The position numbers were made by a program, and so were the translations under genes. From Octopus vulgaris (taxonomy: Eukaryota), in contig OX597826.1 of NCBI GenBank assembly GCA_951406725.2, forward strand, positions 63,178,001-63,242,000: a stretch of 64,000 bases of DNA, read 5' to 3'. How positions within the stretch are numbered: the first letter of the stretch is position 1; every line of letters begins with the position of its first letter. A model generated the notes under the pieces. That model ran no database searches. It saw only the letters and a program-made list of their open reading frames with translations, and was not told the DNA's origin. Positions 11,750-25,388 of this stretch are shown here, piece after piece.

Positions 11750-12780
11750 TTCTTTAGGCGCCATGTGCAAAATGTCGACCATAGGCGATCATGTTCTGCT
11801 ACAATTCTCTGTTCTTTTCTTTCTGTAACAGTTCCACTTCCTGATGTTTAAAGCCGTTTTCTTCCGGCCAGTTCCCCAAAGTTGACGTCTATATCATCCT
11901 TCTCTCTCCTCTGCTTCTTTTCCCTTCAGTCTTTCTGCTTGTGGCCAAATTCTCCAAGTCCTCTTTCCTCATCATATGACCGAGAAGTCTCAGTTGCTTG
12001 GCCCTTATCTCACGAGGTATTTTCGTATTTACCACATCCTGGGCCACCATTTTTCGTTAGACACTTTGTCCATACTATCCTCAACATTCTCCTGAAGAAC
12101 CACATTCACAACTCTCCAAGCATTTTCTCATTTCTGACGTTATAGACACGCCTCATTTCCATACGTTAACACACGGTAGACATGGCAATTCAATTCACGG
12201 TCTTGGTCTTGGTGCTGAGAGTACAGTTATACAATTTTGAAAATGCAGATTTTGCCATCACTATTCATCTTTTGGTCTCTTTCGCACATCTTACATCTTC
12301 TGTGACCAAAGTTCCAAGGTATCTGAAGGATGATACCTGCTTAATGATTTCATTGTTCACTTTCAGTATGTAATTTGGATTTCCCTTCTTTGTCACCACC
12401 ATACACTCTATTTTCTTGCAATTTATGAACAGACCCTTCCTTTCACCTTTTCTGATCACTACATCCAGCAGTCTCTGAAATTTCTTTTCTGATTTTGCGA
12501 GTGAACTATGTCTGCTATCTTATGTTTGTGATGATTTCTCCTCCTACCTTAAGACTGTTTCCTTCTCCAGTTCTCTTATGATTAATTCGCTATAGTAATT
12601 GAAGAGATTTGGTGGCATAACACCTCCTTGTCTAACCCCTCTCCTGAAGCTAGTGTATTCACCGCATCCTCTGTCCGCCTTTGTGTGCACGCTGATTGGT
12701 TCCAATACGGGTTCAGCAAGATTAGGAGATCTTTCCCATGGAGATCGAGATTACTGGATTCTTCAAATAACACGTCATGT
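11750..12780 (-). mobile_element. Degraded RTE-clade LINE (RT C-terminal half)
   Basis: GLFINCKKIECMV, KQVSSFRYLGTLVTED, EGKRSRGR-like motifs; many stops and frameshifts. Confidence 0.85.
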
Positions 12781-12919
12781 CTTACTTTGCAGTAATTGCT
12801 AAACGTGGGGGTTGCTTCAGTGCTTGCATCGTCAAGTTCCTGTTAGTGACATGGAAGTAAGAAGGCAATTAAGAGATGTCGTTAGGCAGGTGTTGTATTT
12901 TATGAAGTTCTGTTTGGAA

Positions 12920-12950
<31 letters not shown>

Positions 12951-13359
12951 GACAGAGAGCCAGAGAAAGTGACAGAGAGACAGAGGGAGACAGAGACAGA
13001 GAGAAAGAAAAACAGACAGAGGCAGAGAGACAGAGAGTGGGCAACTAGAGGAAATTAGACAAAGCAAAAATTATAACAAAACAAAATAAAGATTTAAAAC
13101 ATACACACACACACACATACACACACACACACATACACACACACACACATATATTAACACATACGCCAAAAGTAGCCAACGATAACAATAACAACAAGGT
13201 GTAACAGTTTGGTAAAGTTCCTATACTATTTATAATGTCGGTAATTAAAATTTCACGAAATAATTTATATGATGGACGTTGACTGCTGTGATAAATTATT
13301 CTGTTATGTATTAATGTTTGCATAAAACTTGAGTTCAATCAGACTGTATCACGTACACT

Positions 13360-14460
13360 ACAATCTACCGCACCACACTACACCTACACCACACTACACT
13401 ACACTACACGGCTCTATACTAATATGCACCACTCCGCACTGCTCTACATTATGCTATACTACATCACAGGACCTCAAACTACACTACAATATGATATATC
13501 ACACATACTTATTTCTTTACTACCCACAAGGGGCTAAACATAGAGTGGACAAACAAGAACAGACAAGGGGATTAAGTCGATTACATCGACCCCAGTGCAT
13601 AACTGGTACTTAATTTATCGACCCCGAAAGGATGAAAGGCAAAGTCGACCTCGGCGGAATTTGAACTCACAACGTAACTGCAGACGAAATACCTATTTCT
13701 TTACTACCCACAAGGGGCTAAGCACAGAGAGGACAAACAAGGACAGACAAAGGGATTAAGTCGATTACATCGACCCCAGTGCATAACTGGTACTTAATTT
13801 ATCGACCCCGAAAGGATGAAAGGCGAAGTCGACCTCGGCGGAATTTGAACTCAGAACGTAACGGCAGACGAAATACTGCTAAGCATTTCGCCCGACGTGC
13901 TAACGTTTCTGCCAGCTCGCCGCCTTCTACAATATGATATATCACACATACTACACCACACGACAATATACCATACAGCATCACACCTCATCATACCGCA
14001 TCACATTATATTACACTACATTATACTGCCCTATACAACACTACAAGCACACACTTCCACACTTTACTATAGTGTGTTGCACTAAATTACATCACACCAC
14101 GCTACGCTATTTTACACTACACGACGCTATAAAATCCCACACCACTCTAAACATGGTGCACCACAATGCTACACTAAAACCACACCATATCACACTACAT
14201 TACGTCACACTACACCACATCGACGTCCTACATCGTACTACATAAAATATACTACAATGTACTACTCTCTACTACAGCGTACCACATCGTACCACAGCAT
14301 ACAACACTGTACTACGACATACCACACCGTAACACATCATACTACTCTATACTACGGCGTACCTTACCGTACCTTACCGTACCTTACCATACTTTACCGT
14401 ACCACATCATACTACTCTTTACTACAGCGTACTACACCAACCAACATTGTGGTACACCAA
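13360..14460. repeat. Degenerate (CACTA/CACCA)n pentamer array
   Basis: Direct reading; interrupted by SINE B. Confidence 0.85.
13510..13926 (-). mobile_element. SINE family B (Meta-domain-like), tandem/nested dimer, 26-bp TSD
   Basis: Head GGCGGCGAGCTGGCAGAAACG, B box GAGTTCAAATTCC, body GCCTTTCATCCTTTCGGGGTCGATAAA; TSD 13484-13509/13927-13952. Confidence 0.93.
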
Positions 14461-14694
14461 TCTACAGTATATATTCAACTATTTTATAGAATATAAAGCA
14501 ATATCTTAGGAAGATTCGGTTGTCATATTTTGCAGATCGAGTCACCATGTAGAGCAGGAGTTTACAAACATTTTTTTCCGATACACCTCTTCACCATGTC
14601 GCACAGTGTTGGCGTACCTCGTGTAAAGAATGTTTGGATACTGTAGAATAAGCAATAGATATTTATTGTTTATTAAAAATACAGCAAGCTTGTA

Positions 14695-15045
14695 GAAGTG
14701 TTATCAAAGAAGCTTGAGAGGCGGTTGGATGGAACCTACACTCGCCTCCTTATGAGAGCTCAAAATCTCTCGTGGAGGCGCCATCCAACCAAAATGCAAA
14801 TATATGGGAAACTACCACCTGTGTCATCTCTTGTGAAAGGTAGGAGAGTCCAGTTTGCTGGACATTGTTGTAGAGCTGAAAAAGAGGTAATTTCTACTCT
14901 TCTCTACTGGAAGCCATCTACCCTAATGTAATCTCCAGGGATACAGGCATCCAGCAACAGGACCTCCGTAATGCCATGATGGACCGTGAAGTCTGGCGTA
15001 GCATGGTAAATTCCATTGTCTCGACCACGGTCGAACAATGATGAT
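14695..15045 (+). mobile_element. RTE/RTEX LINE 3' end
   Basis: LDGTYTRLLMRAQNLSW...RRVQFAGHC; short (TGA)n tail. Confidence 0.85.
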
Positions 15046-15049
15046 GGTA

Positions 15050-15250
15050 TAGAAGTGTTTTGCATGGGGCAAAATGCTTCACGACATTTCCTTCGGCTTT
15101 TCACGATCTGAGTTCAAAATCTGCCGAGGTAAATTTTGCCTTTCTTTCTTTTGGTGTCGATAAAATAAAGAACCAGTCAAGTTCTAAGATCGATGTAATC
15201 AGCTAAGCACCATCCACTAAAATTGATGGTTTTGTACCAAACTTTGAGAC
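15050..15250 (+). mobile_element. SINE family B, old diverged copy
   Basis: ctgagttcaaaatctgccgagg...ttgcctttc...gtcgataaaataa. Confidence 0.7.
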
Positions 15251-15282
15251 TATTATTTGTTATTAATATTACTTAAAGAGTA

Positions 15283-15667
15283 AGGCGGTGAGCTGGCAGA
15301 AACGTTAGCACGCCGGGCGAAATGTTTAGCGGTATTTCGTCTCCCGCAACGTTCGGAGTTCAAATTCCGCCGAGGTCGACTTTGCCTTTCATCCTTTCGG
15401 GGTCGATTAAATAAGTACCAGTTACGCACTGGGGTCGATATAATCGACTTAATCCGTATGTCTGTCCTTGTTTGTCCTCTCTGTGTTTAGCCCCTTGTGG
15501 GTAGTAAAGAAATAGATATTTCGTCTGTCTTTACGTTGTGAGTTCAAATTCCGCCGAGGTCGACTTTGCCTTTCATCCTTTCCGGGTCGATAAATTAAGT
15601 ACCAGATTTAATCGACTGGCCCCCTCTCCCAAAATTTCGGGCCTTGTACCTAGAGCAGAAAAGAATT
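15283..15667 (+). mobile_element. SINE family B, nested dimer with two tail types
   Basis: Full head/body/tail joined at GAAATAGATATTTCGTCTG to a second body ending AAAATTTCGGGCCTTGTACCTAG. Confidence 0.9.
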
Positions 15668-16541
15668 TAAGTTCAAATTCGATTACGGTCAACTTTTACC
15701 ACTTCCGTTGATGATAAAATTAAGTACCAATCAAGGACGAATCTCAATATAATAGACTGTTTCCTCCCCAAAATATCTGGCCTTAAAGAAATAGCAGCCA
15801 AATCTCCTTATCAACACCAATAGTCTCTAAAAAATATAGCAGAACACATTGAATGGTGTGGCCCTGTTTATTTCCTCAGGAAGAATAAAGGCAAAGTCGA
15901 GCGAGTCGGGATTTGAACTCAAAACTTAACGATTATAACTAAATACCGCAAGGTATTTTAATTGACACTCTAACCAGTCAATCAATCCATTGCCCTACTT
16001 TCCTTCAGACATAATGCAAATATATATTCAATATTATACATCCAAACAACAGAGATGAATCATTGATAATTAGATTACTGTCAGTTAAGCTCTTCTATGA
16101 AGATGAAAGATATGGAAATATTACACTTGGGCTGCTTAATCATTAATTTCTTTCTGATCGCCAAAGGTGTTTTTTATTCATGGATATGTACATAGAGTAA
16201 ATGGATATTCAATTGGTTTCGATGGTGTGTATCTCATTTGTTTAATCAACTGGATTGCCTATTCACAGAATTAATGAGAACGTTAAAGAGTGTTCCATAG
16301 AAACATGTTATCCTTAACTCTTTTGCGACCATATTTATTGCTGAAATATAGTAACTGTGTTTCAATTAATTTTTAAAACGATGAGGGACTCATTATAATA
16401 ACTTTGTCATCATTAAGCCGGTGTTTGAAATGTACATTGATTTCAAATTTTGGCACAAGGCCAGCAATTTCAGGGAGCGGGTAAGTCGATTGATCAACCC
16501 CAGTGTTCAGTTAATATTTATTTTATTGACCCAGAAAAAAG

Positions 16542-16955
16542 ATGGCGAACTGGCAGAGTCGTTAGCCAACCCGTTGACGTTTCCAGTCAAAGCCTTTAAA
16601 ATTCACTCGAAATCTCGAACACAAATCTCATATATCCTCACGGCATACGAACTCATTCAAATCTATGATGCTTTTATTGTATGTAAACTATTCAGGGGTA
16701 GGCAGAGGGGTTAACTTGAGCAGGATTAACTGAAATACTTGTTTATAAAGTAACAAAGTACGTAAAGTTTTAGTCATTAGTTTAGCGGTAATTTTTCCTG
16801 TCTTTACGTGCTAAGTTCAAATTCTGACGCGATCGACTTTGCCTTTTATTTTTCCGGGGTCGATAAATTAAGCACCAAGCGAGCACTGTGGTCGATGTAA
16901 TCGACCGAGCTTTCTTCTCCCTCAAAATTTCAGGCCTTGTGCCTATAGTAGAAAG
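16542..16955 (+). mobile_element. SINE family B interrupted by a 209-bp duplicated segment (16575-16783)
   Basis: Head ggcgaactggcagagtcgttagc resumes at agcggtaattt (16784). Confidence 0.75.
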
Positions 16956-16957
16956 GA

Positions 16958-17085
16958 TTTTATCGACCCCGAAAGGATGAAAGGTAAAGTGAAGTACGGC
17001 GGAATTTGAACTCAGAACGTAAAGGCGGACGAAATGCCGTTAAGAATTTTGCCTGGCGTGTTAACGATTCCGCCAGCTCACCGCG
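16958..17085 (-). mobile_element. SINE family B, 5' part
   Basis: atcgaccccgaaaggatgaaagg...ccagctcaccgc. Confidence 0.8.
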
Positions 17086-17342
17086 GTTTTTGGAATATAA
17101 ATTAACGTGAAAACTTGATGGAGGGTTTAAATTCAGTTCAATGTATCATAAAAGCAAAGGCGGTTTCGGGACGGGGTGAGGGTTAATGTAGTAGAAGGTG
17201 ATACACTAGCGCTATCACGATTTAATTACCAAGACCAGACAAATAAAGTGTGTAAATCTTCTTGACACCTCCCCTGCAGTTTTATAACGCTTTCCATTGT
17301 TTTCGGTGTTTCTTTCAAAACTTAAACAGAGCTCAGTTTTAA

Positions 17343-17425
<83 letters not shown>

Positions 17426-17530
17426 CCATACATATACATGTATATACATATATATATATATGTGTGTGTGAATAGATACACATACACATGTATATACATA
17501 AATATATATATATATTTATATACATATATT

Positions 17531-17561
<31 letters not shown>

Positions 17562-18034
17562 ATGTGTGTATGAATATATATATATATATATGTACGTATG
17601 TGTATATATATATATGTGTGTGTGTGTGTGTATATATGTATATGTATGTATAAGCATACATACATAATACATACATACATACATACATACATACATACAT
17701 ACATACATACATACATACATACATACATACATACATACGCACCGGCTGCGCCGTGTATATTTACCCGGTATTCATTTCATCATAAAATAAAAAGTTTTAA
17801 GTTTTAGTTAATGAAAATTTACAGGTTGATTATTGTATCTATTGAGAATATTTTGCATATATTTACAATTCAAAATGACCACCCTTTCCTTTCTCCTCAG
17901 TCCTTAATAATTTCTCGACTGAAGTGCATAACTTATGGTTGCATAATGGGTAAATGTATATGCCGCATCTGGTATGTGCATGTATGTATGTACGTACGTA
18001 TGTATGTATGTATCTAACTATATATATATATATA

Positions 18035-18420
18035 GGCGCAGGAGTGGATGTGTGGTAAGTAGCTTGCTTACCAACCACAGGGTTCCGGGTTCTGTCCCAC
18101 TGCGTGGCATCTTGGGCAAGTGTCTTCAACTATAGCCTCGGGCCAACCAAAGCCTTGTGAGTGGATTTGGTAGACGGAAACCATCGTATATATGTATATA
18201 TACATATGTTTGTGTGTCTGTGTTTGTCCCCCTAGCATTGCTTGACAACAGATGCTGGTGTGTTGACGTCCCCGTCACCTAGCGGTTCGGCAAAAGAGAC
18301 CGATAGAATAAGTACTGGGCTTACAAAGAATAAGTCCTAGGGTCGATTTTCTCGACTAAAGGCGGTGCTCCAGCATGGCCGCAGTCAAATGACTGAAACA
18401 AGTAAAAGAGTAAAAGAGTA
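18035..18420 (+). mobile_element. SINE family A, full length
   Basis: GGCGCAGGAGTGG head to GTAAAAGAGTAAAAGAGTA tail; inside TA-rich microsatellite. Confidence 0.95.
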
Positions 18421-18464
18421 TATATATATATATATATACATACATACATACATACATACATACA

Positions 18465-18498
<34 letters not shown>

Positions 18499-18539
18499 CA
18501 TACGTATGCACGCACCGGCTGCAGCATGTATATTTACCC

Positions 18540-18790
18540 AGAAGCTGAAGAACACTATATTCTGTTGCCTAAGGAAAACTGTGACAACGCAACAGCTTCA
18601 TTTTAAACAAAGGACCACTGATGCGGTCACAGGAGTGTGACGAAAGAACTCTAGCCGAAATAAGACACTGAAGCAAAGTAACACCAAATATATAGTGCGT
18701 GTGTTTTTATTGGCTAAACTGGCAAAATGACCATCCCGAAATATAATAATATCTGTTTGAACACACGACTTCACATAAAAAATCTTGCAT

Positions 18791-18795
<5 letters not shown>
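18540..18795 (+). mobile_element. Penelope-like pLTR fragment with degenerate hammerhead (18615-18654)
   Basis: CCA-CTGATGC-G-GTCAC-aggagt-GTGAC-GAAA-GAAC-TC-TAG. Confidence 0.55.
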
Positions 18796-18840
<45 letters not shown>

Positions 18841-18911
18841 TATACATATATATATATACATGTATATATATATACATATATATATATACATATATATACA
18901 TATATATATAT

Positions 18912-19110
<199 letters not shown>

Positions 19111-19399
19111 CCGCACATACTCAATATATGTGTTTTGTTTGTTCGCCGGTACGCTGTGGGTTAGCGCGGTGGGGTGTTAAAACACCTGTAAGTCATAGAC
19201 AGGTGAGATAACTCGTCCCTAATCCCATCAAGACGTGATGAACACTGAAATTTCGCTACCTTTGTGGGTTATCAACATCACGTTCCTGAAATGAACCGGC
19301 GTAAACTGAATCGCCAGTCTATGACTATATACAGTGGTGCAAAATCCATTTGCTGGTATGCCACGGCGATGCATACGTAAGATTAAAATTCAATTAAGA

Positions 19400-19530
19400 A
19401 CAAAAAAGCACTCGGAGAGCGCAGACCTCCGCGGTGCCGCTCATTTCCACCCATGTACACACATGCTGAAAATCGCCCAATTTCCAAAACCAACGCCGGC
19501 AAAAACATAACCTCCTTTGCGGGGGTAATA
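19400..19530 (-). mobile_element. Short non-autonomous Helentron-type (HINE/DINE-like) element
   Basis: Minus: TTACCCCCGCAAAGGAGGTTATGTTTT...GCGGAGGTCTGCGCTCTCCGAGTGCTTTT (subterminal IRs, 3' hairpin, T run). Confidence 0.75.
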
Positions 19531-19611
19531 AAAATAACACAGTCATATAATTTTTTTGAAAAACCTTTAAAAACAGGATTCATCCCAATAGTCAAGGCTT
19601 GTCATGTCATC

Positions 19612-20001
19612 CTCCGCAGACCTCCGCCAAGCAACTCATTTTAAGATAGATACGCGAGTAAAATTTCTAATAGAAAAACGAAAATAAACTTTAGAAACAG
19701 CAACGCCACCATAGGTTACGTGGAAACGATGAACGTGTTTTCAAGGGAGATAATCAAAGGACGTAGCATTGTAATACTTCATGTAAAGTAAATATAAGAA
19801 ATGAAAAATCCTTCAAGAATCCATAAAAAATCCCGGATCACTACCAAAATTTCATCATCTGTTTCTTGTGTCGTTACCAAGTTTTCCAGCAAGTTTCATT
19901 AAATACCGTTTACAACTTTTTGAGTTATTTTGCACACAGACAGACAGACGGACAAACCAACGCCGATGAAAACATAACTTCCTTCCTTGGCGGAAGTAAT
20001 T
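19612..20001 (-). mobile_element. Non-autonomous Helentron-type (HINE/DINE-like) element
   Basis: Minus: TTACTTCCGCCAAGG..AAGTTATGTTTT, (GTCT)n microsatellite, 3' CTTGGCGGAGGTCTGCG subterminal IR. Confidence 0.75.
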
Positions 20002-20004
20002 AGA

Positions 20005-20550
20005 ACCAGTTGCGTGGTTAAGAAATGATTTAATAATTGTCTTAACCACACAGTCATGTTTAGTTAAGAAGTACGTCTTTCTAAAGATTCAGTCCCACAA
20101 CGTAGCACTTCAGTCTAATGTCTCCTACTAGGGCCTCAAGTCGACCAATGACTTGCTAGAAAATTTGGTGGACGTGAACTGTATGGAAGACCGTCGTATA
20201 CACTTGTCTTTGTACGTGTGTATGTATGTATATTTGAATGTATGCATGAATAAATGGATGGACGGATGGACGGATGGATAGATGGATGTATGCATGAATG
20301 TATGCATGAGTGTATGTAAGCATGAATATATATATATGTCTCTCTGTGCTTGTGTTTGCCTAGCACCCACACCCTTACAGCCGAGATTGATTAGTTAATG
20401 TCCGCGTAAGATAACGGTTCGATAGATTAAGTACCAGACTTAAACGATAAGTACCGGAGTTGATTCTTTTTTTTTTTTCGACTAAGCACGTCAGCGTAGA
20501 GCTCCAGTATGACCACAGTCCAATGACTGAAACAAGCAAAAAGGCAGAAA
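20005..20550 (+). mobile_element. SINE family A, old diverged copy
   Basis: ttcagtcccacaacgtagcac...gctccagtatgaccacagtccaatgactgaaacaag. Confidence 0.75.
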
Positions 20551-20625
20551 ATGAAAAAAGTAATAAAGAGTGAATTGTGACGTTTCCAGTCAAAGCCTTT
20601 AAAATTCACTCGAAATCTCGAACAC

Positions 20626-21026
20626 CGCAGGAGTGGCTGTGTGGTAAGTAGCTTGCTAACCAACCACATGGTTCCGGGTTCAGTCCCACTGCGTGGCACC
20701 TTGGGCAAGTGTCTTCTGCTATAGCCCCGGGCCGACCAATGCCTTGTGAGTGGATTTGGTAGACGGAAACTGAAAGAAGCCTGTCGTATATATGTATATA
20801 TATATGTATGTGTGTGTTTGTGTGTCTGTGTTTGTCCCCCTAGCATTGCTTGACAACCGATGCTGGTGTGTTTACGTCCCCGTTACTTAGCGGTTCGGCA
20901 AAAGAGACCGATAGAATAAATACTGGGCTTACAAAGAATAAGTCCCGGGGTCGATTTGCTCGACTAAAAGGTGGTGCTCCAGCATGGCCGCAGTCAAATG
21001 ACTGAAACAAGTAAAAGAGTAAAGAG
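20626..21026 (+). mobile_element. SINE family A, young copy
   Basis: Near-identical to 18035 and 41275 copies; empty site visible at 16615-16640. Confidence 0.95.
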
Positions 21027-21359
21027 TATATCCTCACGGCATACGAACTCATTCAAATCTATGATGCTTTTATTGTATGTAAACTATTCAGGGGTAGACA
21101 GAGGGGTTAACTTGAGCAGGATTAACTGAAATACTTGTTTATAAAGAAACAAAGTACGTTAAGTTTTAGTCATTAGTTTTGTCTGGATTATACCCACGGG
21201 CATTGTACAGTTATTTATGTAATTATAAAGATAATCAGATCAGACTCCAGAAGAGATCGTTTTTCTAAAGGTGGTGAAGGAAGGATATAAATCATGTTAT
21301 AAGAGACTGCTGTAATTAAAGTTCTTTATTAACCCCAATAACACTGGTGACATGCTGTA

Positions 21360-21399
<40 letters not shown>

Positions 21400-21525
21400 A
21401 TATGTATATACATATGTGTGTGTATGTATATTTGTATTATGCATGTATGCATGTATATATGAATGTATATATACATATACATATATATATATATACACAT
21501 AAATATATGTGCATATATATGTATA

Positions 21526-21580
<55 letters not shown>

Positions 21581-22009
21581 CAATAGTAAGAGAAAACAAG
21601 TGCAAATAAAAGAAGATAAGAAAGTAAGGGAACTAGGTTAAATAAGAAAGCCACCAAAGAAAGCATTGGAAGTTAACTAAGGGAAAAAAAGAGAGAATGA
21701 GTGTACTAGTGAAAGAAATGAAGAAATAGGAGGAGAGAATATAATTGAAATACTGAATGCTAACTTCCTCAATATAATAATATGCTGGTTCGGATGATTT
21801 ATATTAACGGAATAACACTTATGCAAATCAGTATGATGTAAGTCAGTTCTTGTATCCAAGTAGTTATTTTTATTATTATTATTTTAGAATAATGAATAAT
21901 AGTAGTTTTCTTGTTAGGCAAAGATGACAACTGAGTTTATTTCTTAGATATTTTAAAAGTAATTTTTTTTTACTCTCTAACCATATCTGCAAAATTTTGT
22001 TGGAAATCT

Positions 22010-23100
22010 CCTATCCGGTTAACAAACTAGTATATGTGCAGCTAGTATCTCACTTTGAATGTACGTTAAAATTTATTCTGGCATGAATTGTTCAAATAAA
22101 AATGGCTTGATTACCACCAAAATTACCAAAGAATGGTTTGAAAACTTTTAATGTACAAGAAACCAAAGAAGCCTGTACATTTGTAGGCCTACCAGAAGAC
22201 TATAAGTATTTTGAACATTCGTTCAGTATAAGATTTCTGGACATCTATTCATCCACTTTTCCAAAGTTGAATAGTCGTGTAAGAAAATGATTATACAGTA
22301 TAACACAGAGTATTCAGCTGTATGACACACAGTATTCAGCTGTATGTCAACCCTAAGACCAAGGTATACGGTATTCTAAAGGTTAAGTATTGCTCACTTT
22401 TCATAAAGTATATTTCTGATGTGGTGAATACTGACAAGTCTGTATCAGCATTTAAGGAATTTAATAAGAAGGATGTTCTTTAGTTCATTGCTAGATTATA
22501 GGAGAGGGGGAAGTGTCTACACCAAAAAAAGCCTGACATAAGATATGACCTACCTAAATGTTTGATAATAAATCCGGCGATTTAACAGAATTTAATTTAT
22601 CAAAGGAGGATAGTGTTCATGTGTTGCTTGCGTATACAAAGCTTTTACAAGACCTGTTTGCAAGGATATAGAAAATAACCTTAGTGAAGAAAATTTGACA
22701 GAGTGAATGAATATCGACGAAGAAATACCTTTTGTGCATCACCTTACAAATGACTCGGAAATTATAAATACTATTCTGCATTTTAATGAAAGCAGAGGAA
22801 GTAATGAAGATGGCAATAATGAAAATGAAACAGATGTAGCTGAAAGACTTTTCTATAAGAGCTTAATTGCGTTTGGTCAATGATGTAATCAAAGGGATAG
22901 ATCAACATACAGTCTTTACGGAACGTGAACTAATGAATTTACATTTGTTGCGTGAAAAATTACGCAGGAAAAGATCAAAACACATGGAGCAACTTCGCTC
23001 GGAGGAAATATTTAAAAAGATAACCAAGAATAATGGATGCCCTGCTGCTTCAACTTCAAGTAACCCGGATATTCAACCTACGACATCAGAAATCTAAGAT
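22010..23100 (+). pseudogene. pogo/Tigger (jerky-like) DDE transposase relic
   Basis: Remnants NKNG.ITTKITKEWFEN, GLPEDYK, CQP.DQGI and acidic C-terminal region; many stops and frameshifts. Confidence 0.75.
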
Positions 23101-23416
23101 GAATTGATCACCAACGAAATAAACAGTAAAACTTAATAAAATTCACATTTCAAGTAAAATTCTAAAATTTGTCAATTTCAAAGTATTAGTGCTAGAGCAT
23201 TCGTTTTAAGGACAGAAATTAATAAATTTGCCTTTAAGTTTTGTTTAATACATCTTGTGTAATCCACCATGTTTCATTGATACAGATATCTTTACAGAAC
23301 AGTACTTTGCAGAGTACAGTATAAATAAACTTGACATTTGTACAAATGTACAGGTATTTGTGTTTAAGAGAATCTAATATTTATTCAATTTAAAATTCTG
23401 TCGGTCTACGATGCAT

Positions 23417-23676
23417 TGGAAGGCACATGGCTCAGTGGTTAGAGTTCGATTCCTGACCCAAGTTGTATGTTGCGTTCTTGAAAAAGACACTTTATTTCAC
23501 GTTGATCCAGTTCCCTCAGCTTTAAAAATGAGTTGCGAAGTTACTGGTGTGAATGGTATGCATGAGCGACTGCTGATCTTCCGTAAACAACCTTTCCCGG
23601 ACTTGTACCTTGGAGGAGAACTTTCTAGGTGCGATCCCATGGTTATTCATAACCGAAGGGGATCTTTACTCTTTAC
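23417..23676 (+). mobile_element. SINE family D, diverged and internally deleted
   Basis: ggaaggcacatggctcagtggttagag...gacactttatttcacgttg; tail homologous to 3963 copy. Confidence 0.8.
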
Positions 23677-24351
23677 CATTTTAAGATGCTTCAGAGAGAC
23701 GAGATGCATATATAATTACTAAGTTAGAGGGGTGTTGACCAAAGGGAGCTAATCTAGTTCGGTAGAACGGTTTATCCGGGAAGGACATGGAACATATTGT
23801 GCTGGAAATTCGCTGTTGCACCCATACATATATAAACAAGTGCGTGTTTGTGTGTGTTTGTGTGTGTGTTTGTGTGTGTGTGTGTGTATGTGTGTGTGTG
23901 TGTGTGTGTGTAGCCAACTAGTGTGTGTAGTCAACTAGTGAGCCTGTATATGGTTCATCGGTTTCCTAGAAATAGCTCTCATGACTCCCGTGAATACGTT
24001 CAAAGTAAACGGAATAGTCACGACCGTAACTAATTTCTTCATAGGTCTCTTAGATCAAGGCTGGCCCATGGCTAACAAAGAACAACGATAACAGCCAGCG
24101 TGAAAGAAAAGAAAGAACAGATATAATTATATCATTAGTTATACCTTTATTATGATGAGCAGGGAATAACATGAACGAATTGGATGTTATGATGAGATAA
24201 AGCTAGAGTTAGTGGGTAGGTGCGTGGTCTATAAATGTGTGTGTGCGCGTGTGTGTGTGTATGTGTCTGTGTATATGCACATATATATTATATATATATA
24301 TATATACATATATATATGCATGTATATGTAAATATATGCATATATATAAAC

Positions 24352-24390
<39 letters not shown>

Positions 24391-24653
24391 TACGTATGCA
24401 TCTATATGTAATTATATATATGAATATATATATGCACATGTAATTATATATGTGTATATGTGTGTATACATATACACATATGCAGATACATATGTATATA
24501 TACATTCTTATATATATATACATGCATGCTTATATATGTGTGTGTATGTATGTGTATATATATATATAAATCTTGTATATATGTGTATAAATATATATAT
24601 ATGTGTGTATACATATATATGTGTGTGTCTATATACATGTGTATATAGAAATA

Positions 24654-24712
<59 letters not shown>

Positions 24713-25388
24713 TCACGTCCGACTTTGAACATACATACATATCTATATGAGAAAGTGTGTATAAATGTATGTTATTGGGTGCGCGAGCGTATGCGTGTGA
24801 TTATGTGTGTCTGTGTGGTTTATGTGTGTACTTATATGATTAAATATGTGTGGCGGTGATTATGGTGGTGGTGGTGGTGGTGGTGGTGGTGGTGGTGGTG
24901 ATTGTGTGTGTGTATGTTTGTGTGTGTGCGCGTGTGTGTGTGATTTCTTGGGGTCGCCTATTGGTTCTAAGATAGAATAAAGAACTCAAAGGGGTTGGTA
25001 TGAGTGTTAATGCTTTATTAAATACAGTGAGTCCAATGAAAATGTACCTTTTAACAAAACACTCACACACACACACGCACGCGCGCAAAGACACACACTC
25101 TCACGCACACGCATATACACATAAATGCATGCGTGAGTGCGTGTTTATATGCCTTTCTGAAATATGTTGAATGATGCATGTTTATGAATATATCAGTGTA
25201 CGTATGCATAAATATATATATATACATACATATATGTGTGTGTATGTATGTATGTATGTTTCTATGTATGTATGTATGTATCAAAAGTAAATAGCCACCT
25301 CTCTTTATACTATTTAATCCGTGTAGACTCTACCTTATGCTTCAAACCTCGTAACATTACAGTATCGCACTTGTTATCACACTTAGCC

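Noticed and set aside
13484-13952. CRISPR-like or LTR-like direct repeats
   Set aside because: Explained as TSDs and nested SINE units; no cas or gag/pol sequence; eukaryotic context.
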